From Octopus vulgaris (lineage: Eukaryota), in assembly GCA_951406725.2 (NCBI GenBank), contig OX597815.1, forward strand, positions 158,658,001 to 158,722,000: a DNA stretch of 64,000 nt, given 5' to 3'. The notes under the pieces are model-generated. The model did not search any database. It was not told where the DNA came from and worked only from the letters and a program-made list of their open reading frames with translations. Made by a program: the position numbers and the translations under genes. Positions 1-13,701 of this stretch are shown here, one piece after another (the first letter of the stretch is position 1; each line of letters starts with the position of its first letter).

Positions 1-208
1 CGTATATATATATATATACATATATTCACACAAACGCATACATACATACATATATATATACGCACATACATGTATATAGATATGTATATACAAATACATA
101 TAATATATATATATATACATATTATGCATATATATAGAGAGAGATATATAAAAAAATATATATGTATATGTATGTATATCTATCTATCCCTCTCTCTCTC
201 TCTCTCTC

Positions 209-250
<42 letters not shown>

Positions 251-301
251 AATTAGAAATCGAAAGTCCTTGGTATAGTATTATATATTTGAACAAAATA
301 A

Positions 302-396
302 TAGAAATGGCTTCTGATAATTTTTCCACTTTAACAGCTAATAATTTCTAAAATCTAATCATGAAAGTGGAAAAATAATCAAAAGAGCCATTTCTA
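302..396. repeat. Imperfect inverted repeat (~31-bp arms)
   Basis: tagaaatggcttctgataatttttccacttt ... aaagtggaaaaataatcaaaagagccatttcta. Confidence 0.7.
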
Positions 397-471
397 ATCA
401 TTTTCTTCATATACACACATACATACATAAATACACACATACATACATACATACATACATACATACATACA

Positions 472-506
<35 letters not shown>

Positions 507-901
507 TTATATACACACACACACACCACACACACACACACACACACGTATATATATATATATATATATTTATATATACATATATATACATGCATACATA
601 CATCTAGAGAATGAGAACTAACATAAAGAGTCTAAGATGAAGTTTAGGTTGTGCATGAATTTTCAAACTAATTTTATAGCTTTCCCCCCTCACTCACACA
701 CTCCCCCAATTAAGCTGCGGTTCAGTGAACTCATTGCCAACTGGGAATTAAAAATGGACTGCAGACTTCGCTCGACAAGAACTTAGCGCGAAATTGCAAT
801 AGTGATAGCATCTAATATGAATACCAATTACAGATATGTATTTTGTAGGAGATGGTGTGAAAATATTCTATATAATCCTGTTCCTTATGTTATCACTGCA
901 T

Positions 902-1410
902 GAAGGTGGCGAGGTGGCCGTATCTTTAGGGCTTCAAAAAAAAAAATCATATTTAGTATCATTTCTTTATATTCCGAGTTCAAATGATGCTTAGTCGACT
1001 GTGCCTTTCATCATTTTTGCTTAGCGGTAGTTCATCTGCTTAACGTTCTGGGTTCAAATTACGCCGAGGTCGCCTTTGCCTTTCATCCTTTCAGGGTCGA
1101 TAAATAAAGTGCCAGTTACTCACTGGGGTCGATGTAATCGACTTAATCCGTTTGTCTGTCCTTTTTGTTCCCTGTATGTTTAGCCCCTTGTGGGCAATAA
1201 AGAAATAAGAAACGTTAGCACGCCGGTCGAAATGCTTAGCGGCATTTCGTCCATCTTTACGTTCTAAGTTCAAATTCCGCCGAGGTCGACTTTGCCTTTC
1301 ATCCTTTCGAGGTCGATAATTAAGTACCAGCTGTGTACTGGGGTAGATCTAATCGTCTGGTTCCCTCCCCAAAACTTTCGGGCCTTGTGCCTTGAGTAGA
1401 AAAGAATATA
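902..1410 (+). mobile_element. Cluster of three tRNA-derived SINE copies (family B)
   Basis: Repeated B-box GTTCAAATT plus the central motif gtcgactttgcctttcatcctttcggggtcgataaa seen in many copies in the window. Confidence 0.85.
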
Positions 1411-1559
1411 AGCACCTCCTTCTACTAGATGTCCGAACACTTTATCATCTTTAAAAGGAAATACACATTATATTACGGATTACTTCTTACACTGTATAAA
1501 AAAATATGGTGTGATGGTTACAACTTGAGTATCAATGATCATTGATATGCTCGATCACA

Positions 1560-1760
1560 TCTGAGCTGATAGAAAACTACAAGTGCAATGCGTATTTTAG
1601 GAACTTTGGTTGGAAGAAATGGATAGTGAAGTATTATGGCGTTTTTAAATATTATGTATCTAACAAGAAGAAGAAAAAAGCACTTTTAGCTTACAAAAAC
1701 GAGATGTCACAAATCTGGTGTATGAAAGTATCATTCTTTGCTATGATTTACCGTTTCTGC
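1560..1760 (+). pseudogene. Possible decayed hAT transposase fragment
   Basis: One frame gives LEEMDSE-Y, resembling the FLEE.DSEY..L.Y..VRWL region of Charlie/Buster-type hAT transposases; frameshifted and weak. Confidence 0.25.
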
Positions 1761-1942
1761 CAACTCTATCATCTTTCTGGCACTACCAATAATTTACAAG
1801 AAAAATCTCAGAAACTGCCGACAAATCCCCAAAGTAAAAAACAAAAAAAAAACAAAAACAAACATTAAAAACAATAACGACATCAAGTAACAGTAACGCT
1901 GTTAAAATGCAACAAAGGTATTGGAAACTTGCTGAAGTAAAC

Positions 1943-1974
<32 letters not shown>

Positions 1975-2807
1975 AACAACAACTACGACGACGATCACGA
2001 CGACAGCAGCAACAACAGCAGGAATATTGGCATTATCAGCCATAGCGAAACAAAAAGTAACAACATATTCTCATAGCATACTTGATATTTAGAAATGGTA
2101 ACGAGCAGTTGGCGAGTTTCTTTAGCGAAATCTAACTACATACTCTTCGGAACCACCCAATTGAGATACAGTTAATTGAGCAGAACATGAAACTATATTC
2201 GGCCGAGCAAGTATCAGCAATATTTTATGTTTATGCAACAACGGCAACGATGATACAATATATAAGGCCCTAGAAACTTTTCTTTCTCAGATCTTTTCAA
2301 ATCTCTCTCTCTCATTCTCTCTCTCTCTCACTCTTTCTCTCTCTCTCTATCTCTCTATCTCTCTATCTATCTATCTATTTGTCTGTCTGTATGGTTGTCT
2401 GTGTGTCTGTTTAATCCGAATATCAGAATGACTAGAGCGTCGATTCTTTGCTATTGTTTCGATTTTTTGCGATCCGAGTTCAAATTTGTGAAAGTCGACT
2501 GTACCATTCATGCTTACAGTTACATAACAGTTCTAATCCGGAGCAGTAGATTGACTAAACGGTTAGAAGAATTGAGGAAGAATGCTTTGCCATATCTGTC
2601 TCGGATTTTTACGTTCTCTCATCAAAGTTTGTGACGAAGCTGGTGCCAAGCTGTATCGGTTAAAGTCGGCGCCCTTTCACTTGGAAAAACAGCGAAGGGA
2701 CTTGAGTGCTGCAGCAACTACCTGTCTTCCCAACAAAACTACAGCACATGCCTAGATATGTTGTGTGGGTTTCGGCATCCGGTGGCTGGTCTGCTTCTTT
2801 TTTATAG

Positions 2808-2971
2808 ACGCAGGCGTGGCAGTGTGGTAAGAAGCTTGCTTCCCAACCACATGGTTCCGGGTTCAGTCCCACTGCGTAGTACCTTGGGCAAGTGTCTTCT
2901 AATATAGCCTTAGGCTGACCAAAACCTTGTGAGTGGATTTGGTAGGCGGAAACTGAAAAAAGCCCGTCGTA
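2808..2971 (+). mobile_element. tRNA-derived SINE family A, 5' part
   Basis: ggcgtggcagtgtggtaag (A box), gggttcagtccc (B box), CORE-like accttgggcaagtgtcttct; matches the full copy at 15144. Confidence 0.85.
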
Positions 2972-3588
2972 TAAGCCTGTCGTGAGCCACTCCTTAGCTT
3001 TTAAAGCATGTCTCTAGAACCTGCTTCAAGCCGATTATTGAAGCTACTTCTGCTTCAATAATCGGCAATGACTTGGTCAGCGAATCCTCTCCGGTGGTCA
3101 ACAATCAACGGTAAGATGAGCTGTTACGGATCACACTATCCCAAAGTGTATACACTCTTGCCTGGCCGGAACTTTCCATACATGAAACTCCGAACATGAC
3201 TCGTTGGCCGGAGCGCGTTCAGCCGATCCCGAATGAATGTCACCGCAAGTACAGGTAGATGAAAGATGCATCGTCAGCATTGGTCTACCGTGGTCCTACA
3301 CATACACCACCTTTTCCTCGAAAATCTCAATGTGTGTCCCTGCGCTTTTGTAGGAAATCGTTTTTTTACCTTTCGTTCTTTACAGTCTTACCATACTACT
3401 TACTCGTCTTATTCAACACTTTCGTACTTTTGCATACATACACACACAAATACGTACGTACATACATACATACAAACAAGCATATGGTTCAAATATACCA
3501 AAAACAAAGAAAAGCAAGACTGAGACAGGTGAAGGAACAGCAAAAAAGGTGTACTAGTTTGACGCTTATATACATATACATACATACA

Positions 3589-3675
<87 letters not shown>

Positions 3676-3697
3676 GTCTGTATGTATATACATACAC

Positions 3698-3738
<41 letters not shown>

Positions 3739-4192
3739 TCTTTCTATGTATACCGAAGTGTGTGTGTGTGTGTCTGTAAGATACAGGTAATTCTACATTG
3801 TTACATTGATTACTTTCTCTGAAATGGGTTCATATTAGCGAGGTAAACTCATCAAGAAGTTTTTCATCATCTTTGATGGCAGTAGAGACGGCTGATATAT
3901 ACCTTTATGTAACACTTAGATGGGGCCTTTTTTTTTCCTCCACAAATTTTTTCTCGTTTATTTTTTATTTAGATGTTGTTTACTTTTATGTCTTTTATGT
4001 TGTTACCAAATAACCAAAAATATAAATAAGCAGAAAATGCCATTTCACGTTTCACTTAAACTCTCACATAGACTTAGTTTAGTTATATTGAGACATGTAA
4101 AGCATTTAACAGACTTAATGTTTGTTTCAAATTTTCGTGCATATATTTTAAAGAGAGTGCTCCAGCTAAGCCAAACTAAAAAAGAACATACA

Positions 4193-4239
<47 letters not shown>

Positions 4240-4534
4240 TACCGTGATTACCGTAACCGACCAGACTATCAGATGCTGCTACACATCGCTGGTCACAATG
4301 CGCTTCGCATTGTTTTAGCCATCAAAAGACGCCACCCCGCTGGCTAAGCGAGCAGGCCAACAGAAGAAAGAGTGAGAGAAGGTTGTGGCGAAAGAGTAGA
4401 GCAGGGATCGCAACCACGCCCTGCCCAGAGCCTCCGTGGGGCTTTAGGTGTTTTCGCTCAATAAACACTCACAACACCCGGTCTGGGTATCGAAACCGCG
4501 AGTCGGCTGCCCTAACCACTGGGCCATTGCGCCT

Positions 4535-4536
<2 letters not shown>
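4240..4536 (-). mobile_element. tRNA-derived SINE (tRNA-Arg-like head, possibly an octopus OR-type family)
   Basis: Minus strand ggaggcgcaatggcccagtggttagggcagccgactcgcgg..tttcgataccc (A/B boxes, internal deletion); short repeated tail; family name is inferred. Confidence 0.75.
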
Positions 4537-4604
<68 letters not shown>

Positions 4605-4666
4605 GCGAGTGAGTGGACAAACTAAAGAAGGGCACTCAACAAATTTATTTGGAGTTATATGTATGG

Positions 4667-4784
4667 ATCAAAACAGTTTGATCCAAGTTCGTTGGTACTC
4701 TTGCGTTTCAAGCGTGATGCTAGTCGTGCCTGTCTAGCATCACACTTGAAACTCAAGAGTACCAATGTATTTGAATCAAAGTTT

Positions 4785-4788
<4 letters not shown>
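4667..4788. repeat. ~120-bp imperfect palindrome
   Basis: ttggtactcttgcgtttcaagcgtgatgctag / ctagcatcacacttgaaactcaagagtaccaa around a 10-nt loop, with outer arms atcaaaac/gttttgat. Confidence 0.9.
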
Positions 4789-4829
<41 letters not shown>

Positions 4830-4875
4830 TATACGCATACATACTTACATACATATACACATACACATACATATA

Positions 4876-4934
<59 letters not shown>

Positions 4935-5460
4935 ATATACTTGCATATATATATTATTATTATGATATTTTTTAGAAAGTTTCTTTCTTATATAAACTAC
5001 GTAATTTTTAATTATTAATCTTTAATTTTTAGTAATGATTATTATAAATAATTTAAGTAATCTAAATTATAATATTATTTATTATTTGACTAGAGATAAT
5101 GTAGAATTCTTAATATATTATTTTGCAAATTACCAATTGAGAAATAGCGTATAGTTATTATAAAAACGTGTATTTTTATGAAAGAATGAAAGGGATATTT
5201 CTTATTTAGCCATGATATTTTTTTTTTGAACAGTTTACTTTCTAATTTTCGTTTCTGGTATAAAAAAACTAATACACTAAAATATATTTAGATTAGAATA
5301 CTCTATAGCATACAAATATATTTTAAGGCCGTTATATTAGTTTATTTTTTATTTCTTTATTTTTGCTTTCGTTTTTCAATTAATAACGCTCATGCTTATA
5401 AACAAATACATTTAAATTAAGTCTTATTGGATATTTGAATCCTAATATACATAAGAAATT

Positions 5461-5528
5461 AGACTGAGATTCTTGATCAAAAAACAATGAATTTTTATTA
5501 TGGCCAAGAATTGAAATACTTGTATGTG
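5461..5528 (+). ncRNA. Degenerate hammerhead-like motif near the 3' end of an AT-rich island (~4960-5670)
   Basis: ctgag-attcttgatca...tggccaagaat-t-gaaat-actt-gta; stem II is retained but the core is damaged. Confidence 0.35.
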
Positions 5529-5667
5529 ATTTATATTTAATATTTATTAATTATCATATTGTATTATACTCTATTATTATAAGAATATAATATAATAGAC
5601 TATTATGCTAATAAATTTTAATTTTTGAATTGCCAATTGTTATACACCTCCATTTTCAATTCATTTT

Positions 5668-5713
<46 letters not shown>

Positions 5714-5715
5714 CA

Positions 5716-6246
5716 TGGTGGCTGCCCCCTCGTTATCGAGTATGGCCATTGCACGAAGCTTAATCAATGTTGTTATCGTGCAATGTCTGTGCAAAATGAT
5801 TTTTTTTAAGTGAAGAAAGGCTGTGCACTGAGTCAATCCCACTCACTAAGCAACAGCAGCCATAATCCGAAAAGAAGAACAAGTCAACATCATCGGTAAC
5901 CACTGAGCCCCAGGTTTTATGTCGGAGTTATCCCAGTTACCCGAGTTACCTTCTCCTAGAAGGATGCCCTAACAAAGGCTAGGAGTCCTTCACTCCCAAT
6001 GGTTTAACCGCGTGATCGGGTATTCAGTCCGATTATTTATATGTCCCCGCGCATGATACAACCTTAAGACATTTATTGGATGGCCGTTGACTCTCAAGAG
6101 TTCCTCCGCCCTTTGACGGGTTTTTTTTTTCATCCGGCAGTGTGTCCAATAAACACCCTCCTCACCAAGCAAGCTTGGTGGGATTTCCGGTTTAGTCGCC
6201 GACGACACGACCATGCAACAGGTTGTACTGGGTTACATGTTGCCAG
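5716..6246 (-). mobile_element. Non-autonomous RTE-derived retroelement
   Basis: GC-richer unit between TA tracts; minus strand carries ctaggagaaggtaactc...taaaacc, resembling RTE 5' UTRs, and an HDV-like fold at its 5' end. Confidence 0.55.
6187..6238 (-). ncRNA. HDV-like ribozyme candidate (P3/L3 shortened)
   Basis: P1 ATGTAAC/GTTGCAT, P2 CCAGT/ACCGG (one mismatch), GG after P1, P4 hairpin, J4/2 CTAA; only 7 nt (acaacct) where ~13 are expected for P3-L3. Confidence 0.5.
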
Positions 6247-6262
6247 TATATATATATATATA

Positions 6263-6757
<495 letters not shown>

Positions 6758-7610
6758 TAGATACAGATATGCATATATATATATATTCACAATGAGGATA
6801 TTTAAACTACTTATAGGGATAGTTTTATCCAAGGAACCTGGTTTAATATATATTTTGAAGAGCATTTCTACAATAAATGTATTATAAAACCATTTCTTTT
6901 ACTAATACACATACACACTTACGCACTAATAAAAGCAATTTAAGCAGTATGGACCTATAAACGCACATACACTCTCACTTATGCATAAACGAATGACATT
7001 CATACTCTATTGAATAACCTTATGCCGACACACATACACACATACGTATACATAAATTAACTTAGGCGGTAAACATACGTATATACACACGAGCGCATAT
7101 ATAAACACACGAACATATAGTCACACATAAACTAAAATGGACCATGGGTATCCATGTTTTGTAAAGAAAACTTTTATTTCATTTTTATTTTATTTTATTT
7201 ATTAATATATTTCATTATTTTCATTATTTATTATTTATCTTTAATTTTTCCTTTACTTTTATTCTTATATTCATTATCATTATTATTAATGTATTTAAAT
7301 AAAAATAAAGATATTAACCGTCGCGCGCGCACACACACACAATAAACACGCTTCCATCTGTTTACTCTGTTGGAGTATTTTAAGTGATCAAAATGTAAAC
7401 TCTGTAATGTCCATTTTACCCTGAAGATCTTCCATCCAGGGTACTCAAAATGCAAATTTATCTTATTATATGTCTTGTAGTTTAAATTGTGTGTGAAGTG
7501 AAACAATTGTAGGCAATGTTAATTAATTAATAAATTAATTTGTTTCCATTGAATCTCCCCCTTTTCAAACTTATTAATAATATATATGTGTGTAAGTGGA
7601 TTTGTGTGTG

Positions 7611-8074
7611 TGTTGAATAAAATCAGACAACAAAGCCAAGGCAGTGTGAAATTTCTAGGAAGTTTATTAAGAGAAAGGTAGTCTTACAGCTATTTCAGGG
7701 ATCTAAAGAATATTCCATTATCAGAGACGATATGAGAGAGTAAATAGAAGGAAATAGTAGAGTTCAGTATAAGAAGTTATTTTAGAAAGGGAGAGATATA
7801 GGAAGTATAAAGCGAAATATGAGAATAAATATAAAAAATATATGTTGGATGTTCCAGTTGAGAGACATATTCTCCTTTATACTTCCTATATGTCTCCCTT
7901 TCCAAAATAACTTCTTATATTGAACCTTACTATCTCCTATTTAACTCTCTCGTATCGTCTCTGATAATGGGATATCCTTTATCTCCTTGAAACAGATGTA
8001 AGACTACCTTTCTCTTTATAAATGTCCTAGAAATTTCACACTGTGTTGGTTTTGTTGTCTCATTTTATTCAACA
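7611..8074. mobile_element. Inverted pair of Penelope-like terminal repeats, each with a hammerhead motif
   Basis: ~210-bp arms (7611-7821 / 7866-8074); gtct-ctgataa-stem-gaaac-agat-gta-agac at 7957-8004 (+) and its mirror at 7681-7728 (-). Confidence 0.75.
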
Positions 8075-8333
8075 TAAACACGCTCACACACGACCCACGT
8101 TAGACTCCTTACACATACTGTTATTACTATTATCGAACCGGGATTGTCAAGCGATGGGGGGGGGAAACACTGACACACAAACACATCCAGACAGACGATA
8201 CAAAGAAAACAAGGACGAGTCATTCGGAGTTTTCTATCCTCAGTCGAGTTCCAGATTATCTTTGCAATTTCGGGTTGTCCCTTTTTTGTATCACCTAACT
8301 GTCTGGATGTTTTGCGTTCTTGTCCCATTTTTG

Positions 8334-8374
<41 letters not shown>

Positions 8375-8441
8375 TACCTCATTTCTTCTAATATAAAATA
8401 CCTGTATATCATCTCCAAACCTTCCAATACATATATATATA

Positions 8442-8640
8442 CAGGGTTGGCCAAAAGTCACCTGACAGTAAATTAAAACCATTTAATTCCAAGATTAAAG
8501 CAAAAAGTTATTTTATGAGACCACACTAATAAAAAGAGAAATGTTTGGAAAAAAACAGTGATTTTAACTCACAGCATTCAATTATTAAACATTCATTATT
8601 GGAATTAATAAATGAAATTGAATATTAAGTATTTCTGGAA
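8442..8640 (+). mobile_element. Tc1/mariner-type terminal fragment
   Basis: TA|cagggttggccaaaagtcacctgacagt TIR-like start directly after a TA tract. Confidence 0.5.
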
Positions 8641-8730
8641 TACATACATACATTCATACATACATACATACATACATACTACATACATACATACATACAT
8701 ACATACATACATACATACATACATACATTC

Positions 8731-8790
<60 letters not shown>

Positions 8791-8797
8791 GTATATG

Positions 8798-8878
<81 letters not shown>

Positions 8879-9038
8879 TCCTTGAAATATCTGAAGGATT
8901 TCAAAGCAGTCATATCTATACTCTGTAGTTATTAAAAATTATATTGGCATATATTATTGTCTTACACGAAATTGATCTTAACTCATTAGAATTTTCACAC
9001 ACACTCACAAACACACACACATACATACATATATTTGT

Positions 9039-9151
<113 letters not shown>

Positions 9152-9164
9152 GTGTGTGTGTATG

Positions 9165-9217
<53 letters not shown>

Positions 9218-10109
9218 CATACATATATGTGTGCATGTGCGTGTGTGTGTATGTGTGTATATATATACACACGCGCACATAGACATATATATACATATCA
9301 TTATATGTATGTGTATTTATCCTTGTATGTATGTAAATATGTGTGAATAAATGTAAACTGTTCGTTTATGAATAGCAAAGAGAAAGGCAGGAAAAGAGAA
9401 GAGAGAGAGGGGTGTAAAAATACCCCAAAGAACCTGTGTATATGTATGCTTTTGTGTGTGTGTGTAATTGCGAGCTTGTGTGTATGTGTGTGTGTGTGTG
9501 TGCGTGCATGCGTGCGTGCATATGTGAATGCATGTATGTTTGTATTCATGAATCTCTGTAATACGAACGCATGTGGACGTTCGTTTTCGAGTAGCGAAGA
9601 GAGAATGAGAAAGATACGGAGAGAGAGAGAGAATGAGAAAGATATGGAGAGCGTGAAAGAGGAAGGTAGAGAGAGAGAGAGAGCGAGAGAGAGAGAGATA
9701 GAGGAGCGAAGGAGGGTTGTATTTTGTAGAGAACTAAAACAAAACCAAAAAAGAAAGAAAAGAAAGAAAGACATGAAATGTATAAAAATAAAACAAACTC
9801 TATTTCCGTAGATACTGCTACGCCCTTACTATGCGTGAGCCTGGGCTGTTTGTTATGGTAAGGCTAAGTTTCTTAGGCATTCCATCATCAGGTGCTGCCA
9901 AAGAATAAAGATACTTATACTTACATATATTTGTGTATTATTTTTCGCCTTTTTAGAAATTTTAGTTCCTATAGTAGTCATGTTATTGAGTAAAGCATAT
10001 GGGACAAGATGTTGCTTGGTCCCTAGTCAACACAGTTCGTGCACAGATCATAGTACTACAGTTGTGGATTTGACTGCTATTTCTAGGGGGTGGAACGATT
10101 AAGCATGCG

Positions 10110-10620
10110 TTTTTTCGAGTTTCCCTCTACCAAATCAACTCACAAGGCTTTGGTCGGCCCGAGACAACAGTAGAAGACACTTGCCCAACTTTCCACGCAG
10201 TGAGACTGAACGCTGAACCATGTGGTTGGGAAGCAAACTTCTTACCACACAACCACGCCTGATCTTAATTTATCATATTCCCCTCTCAGATTCACACACT
10301 TATTGCAGCGGTCCTTCAGTTTTTTTAAGCCCTGTAAAAGAACTCGGAAGTTTGGGCCTCCAGCCAAGCTTTTTGTGATACCCTTAAAGCCAGGAACTTT
10401 TCAATACTCCTCGTATGTACATACATACATACATATATATATATATATAGCTACACGATGGGCTTCTTTCAGTTTCCGTCTACTAAATCCACTCACGAGG
10501 CTTTGGTCGGCCCGAGGCTATAGTAGAAGACAATACTCAAGGTGCCACGCAGTGAGACTGAACCTAGAACCATATGGTTGAGAAGTAAGCTTCTTACCAC
10601 ACTACTTCGCCTGCGCCTGA
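10110..10620 (-). mobile_element. Two SINE family A 5' parts (10110-10262, 10455-10620)
   Basis: Reverse complements of the 15144-15305 segment. Confidence 0.8.
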
Positions 10621-10974
10621 AAGTGCTGCGAGCTCACATTTTTAAATATGTTGAATTCCATTTCACAGCCATGTAGTTTCTGGTGCAATCCTACACTTTT
10701 GGGCAAGTGCTTTCTACTATAGCTCAGGACCGACCAATACATTATGAGTTACATGGGTTGACATAAATTGTACGGATACTTCAACGAAGGCTAGCAAGCC
10801 GAAACTTCGAATTTACTGTCACCCATCTTGAAAAGTACACGTAATACTCATGTACCTGCATGTACTTTACCAGATGTATTGAGTAATTCTTCCGTTTAAT
10901 GTTAATGTTTTTAGTTCATTTCTTTTTTTAATTTTTGTTACATAACTTGAGATAAGACGGTGAGTTTGCAAAAT

Positions 10975-11350
10975 CATTAGCTTAGCGGCATTTCGTCCGT
11001 CATTACGGTCTGAATTCAAATTCCTCCGTGGTCGATAAAATAAGTAGCCGTTGAGTACTGGAATCGATGTAATTGGCTTCCCCCTTTCCTTCAAAAACTG
11101 CTGGCCCTGTGCCAAAATTTGAAATCATAGTAACTTGACATAAGGCGGCGAGCTGGCAGAACCGTTAGCACGTCGGAAAAATTGCTTAGCGGCATTGCGT
11201 CCTTTATGTTCTGAGTTCAGGTTCCGCCGAGTCGATTTTTGCCTTTCATCCTTTTGGGGTCGATAAATTAAGTACTAGTGAAGTCGATGTCGATGTAATC
11301 GACAAGCTCCCCTCTGCAAAAATTTCAACTCCCCTCTCCAAAAATAGAAA
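10975..11350 (+). mobile_element. Two tandem SINE family B copies
   Basis: aaggcggcgagctggcagaaccgttagc head at ~11142; central cctttcatccttttggggtcgataaattaagtact. Confidence 0.85.
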
Positions 11351-11353
11351 GAA

Positions 11354-11389
<36 letters not shown>

Positions 11390-11850
11390 CATTTATATGT
11401 ATGTATGCGTATGTACAGGAACATTTGTTCGTTTGCGGTTGCGCTCGTCGTTTATCATTTGACAGCTGGTGCTGGTTTATTTAGGCCCATAAATTAGTGG
11501 TCCAGCAAATAAGACTGACAGAAGGTGTTCCAGACTTAAAAAAAGAAGAATCTAAACATTGTGGTTGATTTGATTGACTTAACCCTCCAAGGCGACTGAA
11601 ACAAATAAAAGAATAAAAATTTATGAAATTACATTGGACATTATTGGTATAATTATTTTAAATGAACGAAAATGGAAGAATATTCACGCAGAATATTATT
11701 ATTTCATCTCCGAGAGATGAAGAGTTGAATTTGTCTTTGTACAGAATCTGATGAGCTGTCCATAAAGCTGCGGTTTTCGTGGATGCGAAACAATTGGTCT
11801 TTAACTTTAATGCTTACACGCACACACACACATATATATATATGTATATA

Positions 11851-11949
<99 letters not shown>

Positions 11950-12229
11950 ATATATATATACATATATATATATACATATATATATATATATGTGTGTGTA
12001 TATATATACATATATATATATACATACATACATATGTGTGTGCATGTGTGTGTGTGTGTGAGCGTGTGTTATGGTAGGAACTTTTCCAAATGTTCTGGCA
12101 CCCACGCATCTCCACTTTCTTTTCCAATAAAGGTTTTTCAACAATGTATGACACGCTTAACTTTAGGTATACATTGTCATTTTCAACTATGTGTAAGAAA
12201 AATATATAATCAGAATAAAATATAAATAA

Positions 12230-12900
12230 AAAGGGCGGGCTTCTTTTTTATCAAGCAATTGTTAGTTCTTTTGGAGAAAGACTTCCGGTTAATGATATAT
12301 AGCTAGCTATAATGTTATTTAGCCGTATGCGATATTTAAACTAGAAGACAGATGACAGATGGCTTCTAGTGTCAACAATACTTGATGTTGTACGTTTCTG
12401 TGGTTCACAGAAAATGATGGATCTGTAGAACTATTTTGGCATACACCAACTGGAGAAACTCTTCCATTTCCACTAACATCGTTCTGTACGAAGCTGGCCG
12501 AACAGATAAAATGAATATCGCTGGTTTTTCTTTCGAATTTTGAGTTTTCTGTTTATTCTGATGCAGGTGTAGTAACATTTTGATTCAACCAGACCTTTTG
12601 TAATAGATTGCACAAGTTTTAATGCGCTCTGAACATGATTTTGTTATTGAGTTAATAATAGGGTTGTGTTAGGAGAACGAACACTGTATGAAGTTGATAG
12701 ATTCTAAAACAAACATACATTTTCGATAGCTTCTTTCACAGTAGCGGAACAGTGTCCATGATCTTTCCAAGCCCTCAAAGGCTGATACGATTAACAATAC
12801 GGCTGATGCTCAGCTAAAGTATCTTCACGACAATCTCTGCAGGAATAAACATAAGCAGATCTGTTTCAAGTGTTTGCAACAGAGCTACCTCGGATAAAAG
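12230..12900 (-). pseudogene. Possible decayed R4/Dong-like LINE region upstream of RT
   Basis: Minus frame QLRTERC*WKWKSFSSWCMPK*FYRS resembles the F...K.FYR motif upstream of R4-type RT; heavily decayed. Confidence 0.3.
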
Positions 12901-13585
12901 TAACAAAGAATCTGTTACTCTACTTGTTTACCCCAAGTCAGCTCAGATTGAGCAAATTTGTGGTGAGGGGTGATCAAGCCTTGATCATCCCACCCAATCT
13001 GTATATTCCGCCTACGTAAGAATTACATTCTCAGGTAATCTTAAGATGGTAGGATGTGATTTGTTAAAGATATATCTGATATTGCAACAATATCAGCAAC
13101 AACAACAGCTTCAACAACATACTATAGATGAAAACATTTGCTCAAGGTGCCATGGAGAGAGACTGAACTCAAAGCTGCATGTTTAGGAAGCAAGCCTCTT
13201 AACCACACAGCCACGTCTGTATATTAATCAAATAAATGTGTGCATGTATTATTTTGCCGGACTCCAACTGTTATGTAGTCGTGGTTAGTCAATAAACACA
13301 TTCTCGCTTCTTTTCTACACAATTGTCACGTGATCTAGCCATTAAGACGTAAACTTCTACCCCACACCGAAAAATTTAGAAATCACTAAAGATATTTCAA
13401 GCTATATATTATGATATTTTGTCATTCATATTTATTATTCTTTATTATTATATATATTTATAATTTTTATATATTTTTGCTGGTTGCATATACGTTTTAT
13501 GGAATGTGCCATTATAGATAGGTCCTACGGCGCTAAAATAATGGTATAACTTAATTAGTTTATAAATTGTATATACACATATATA

Positions 13586-13701
<116 letters not shown>

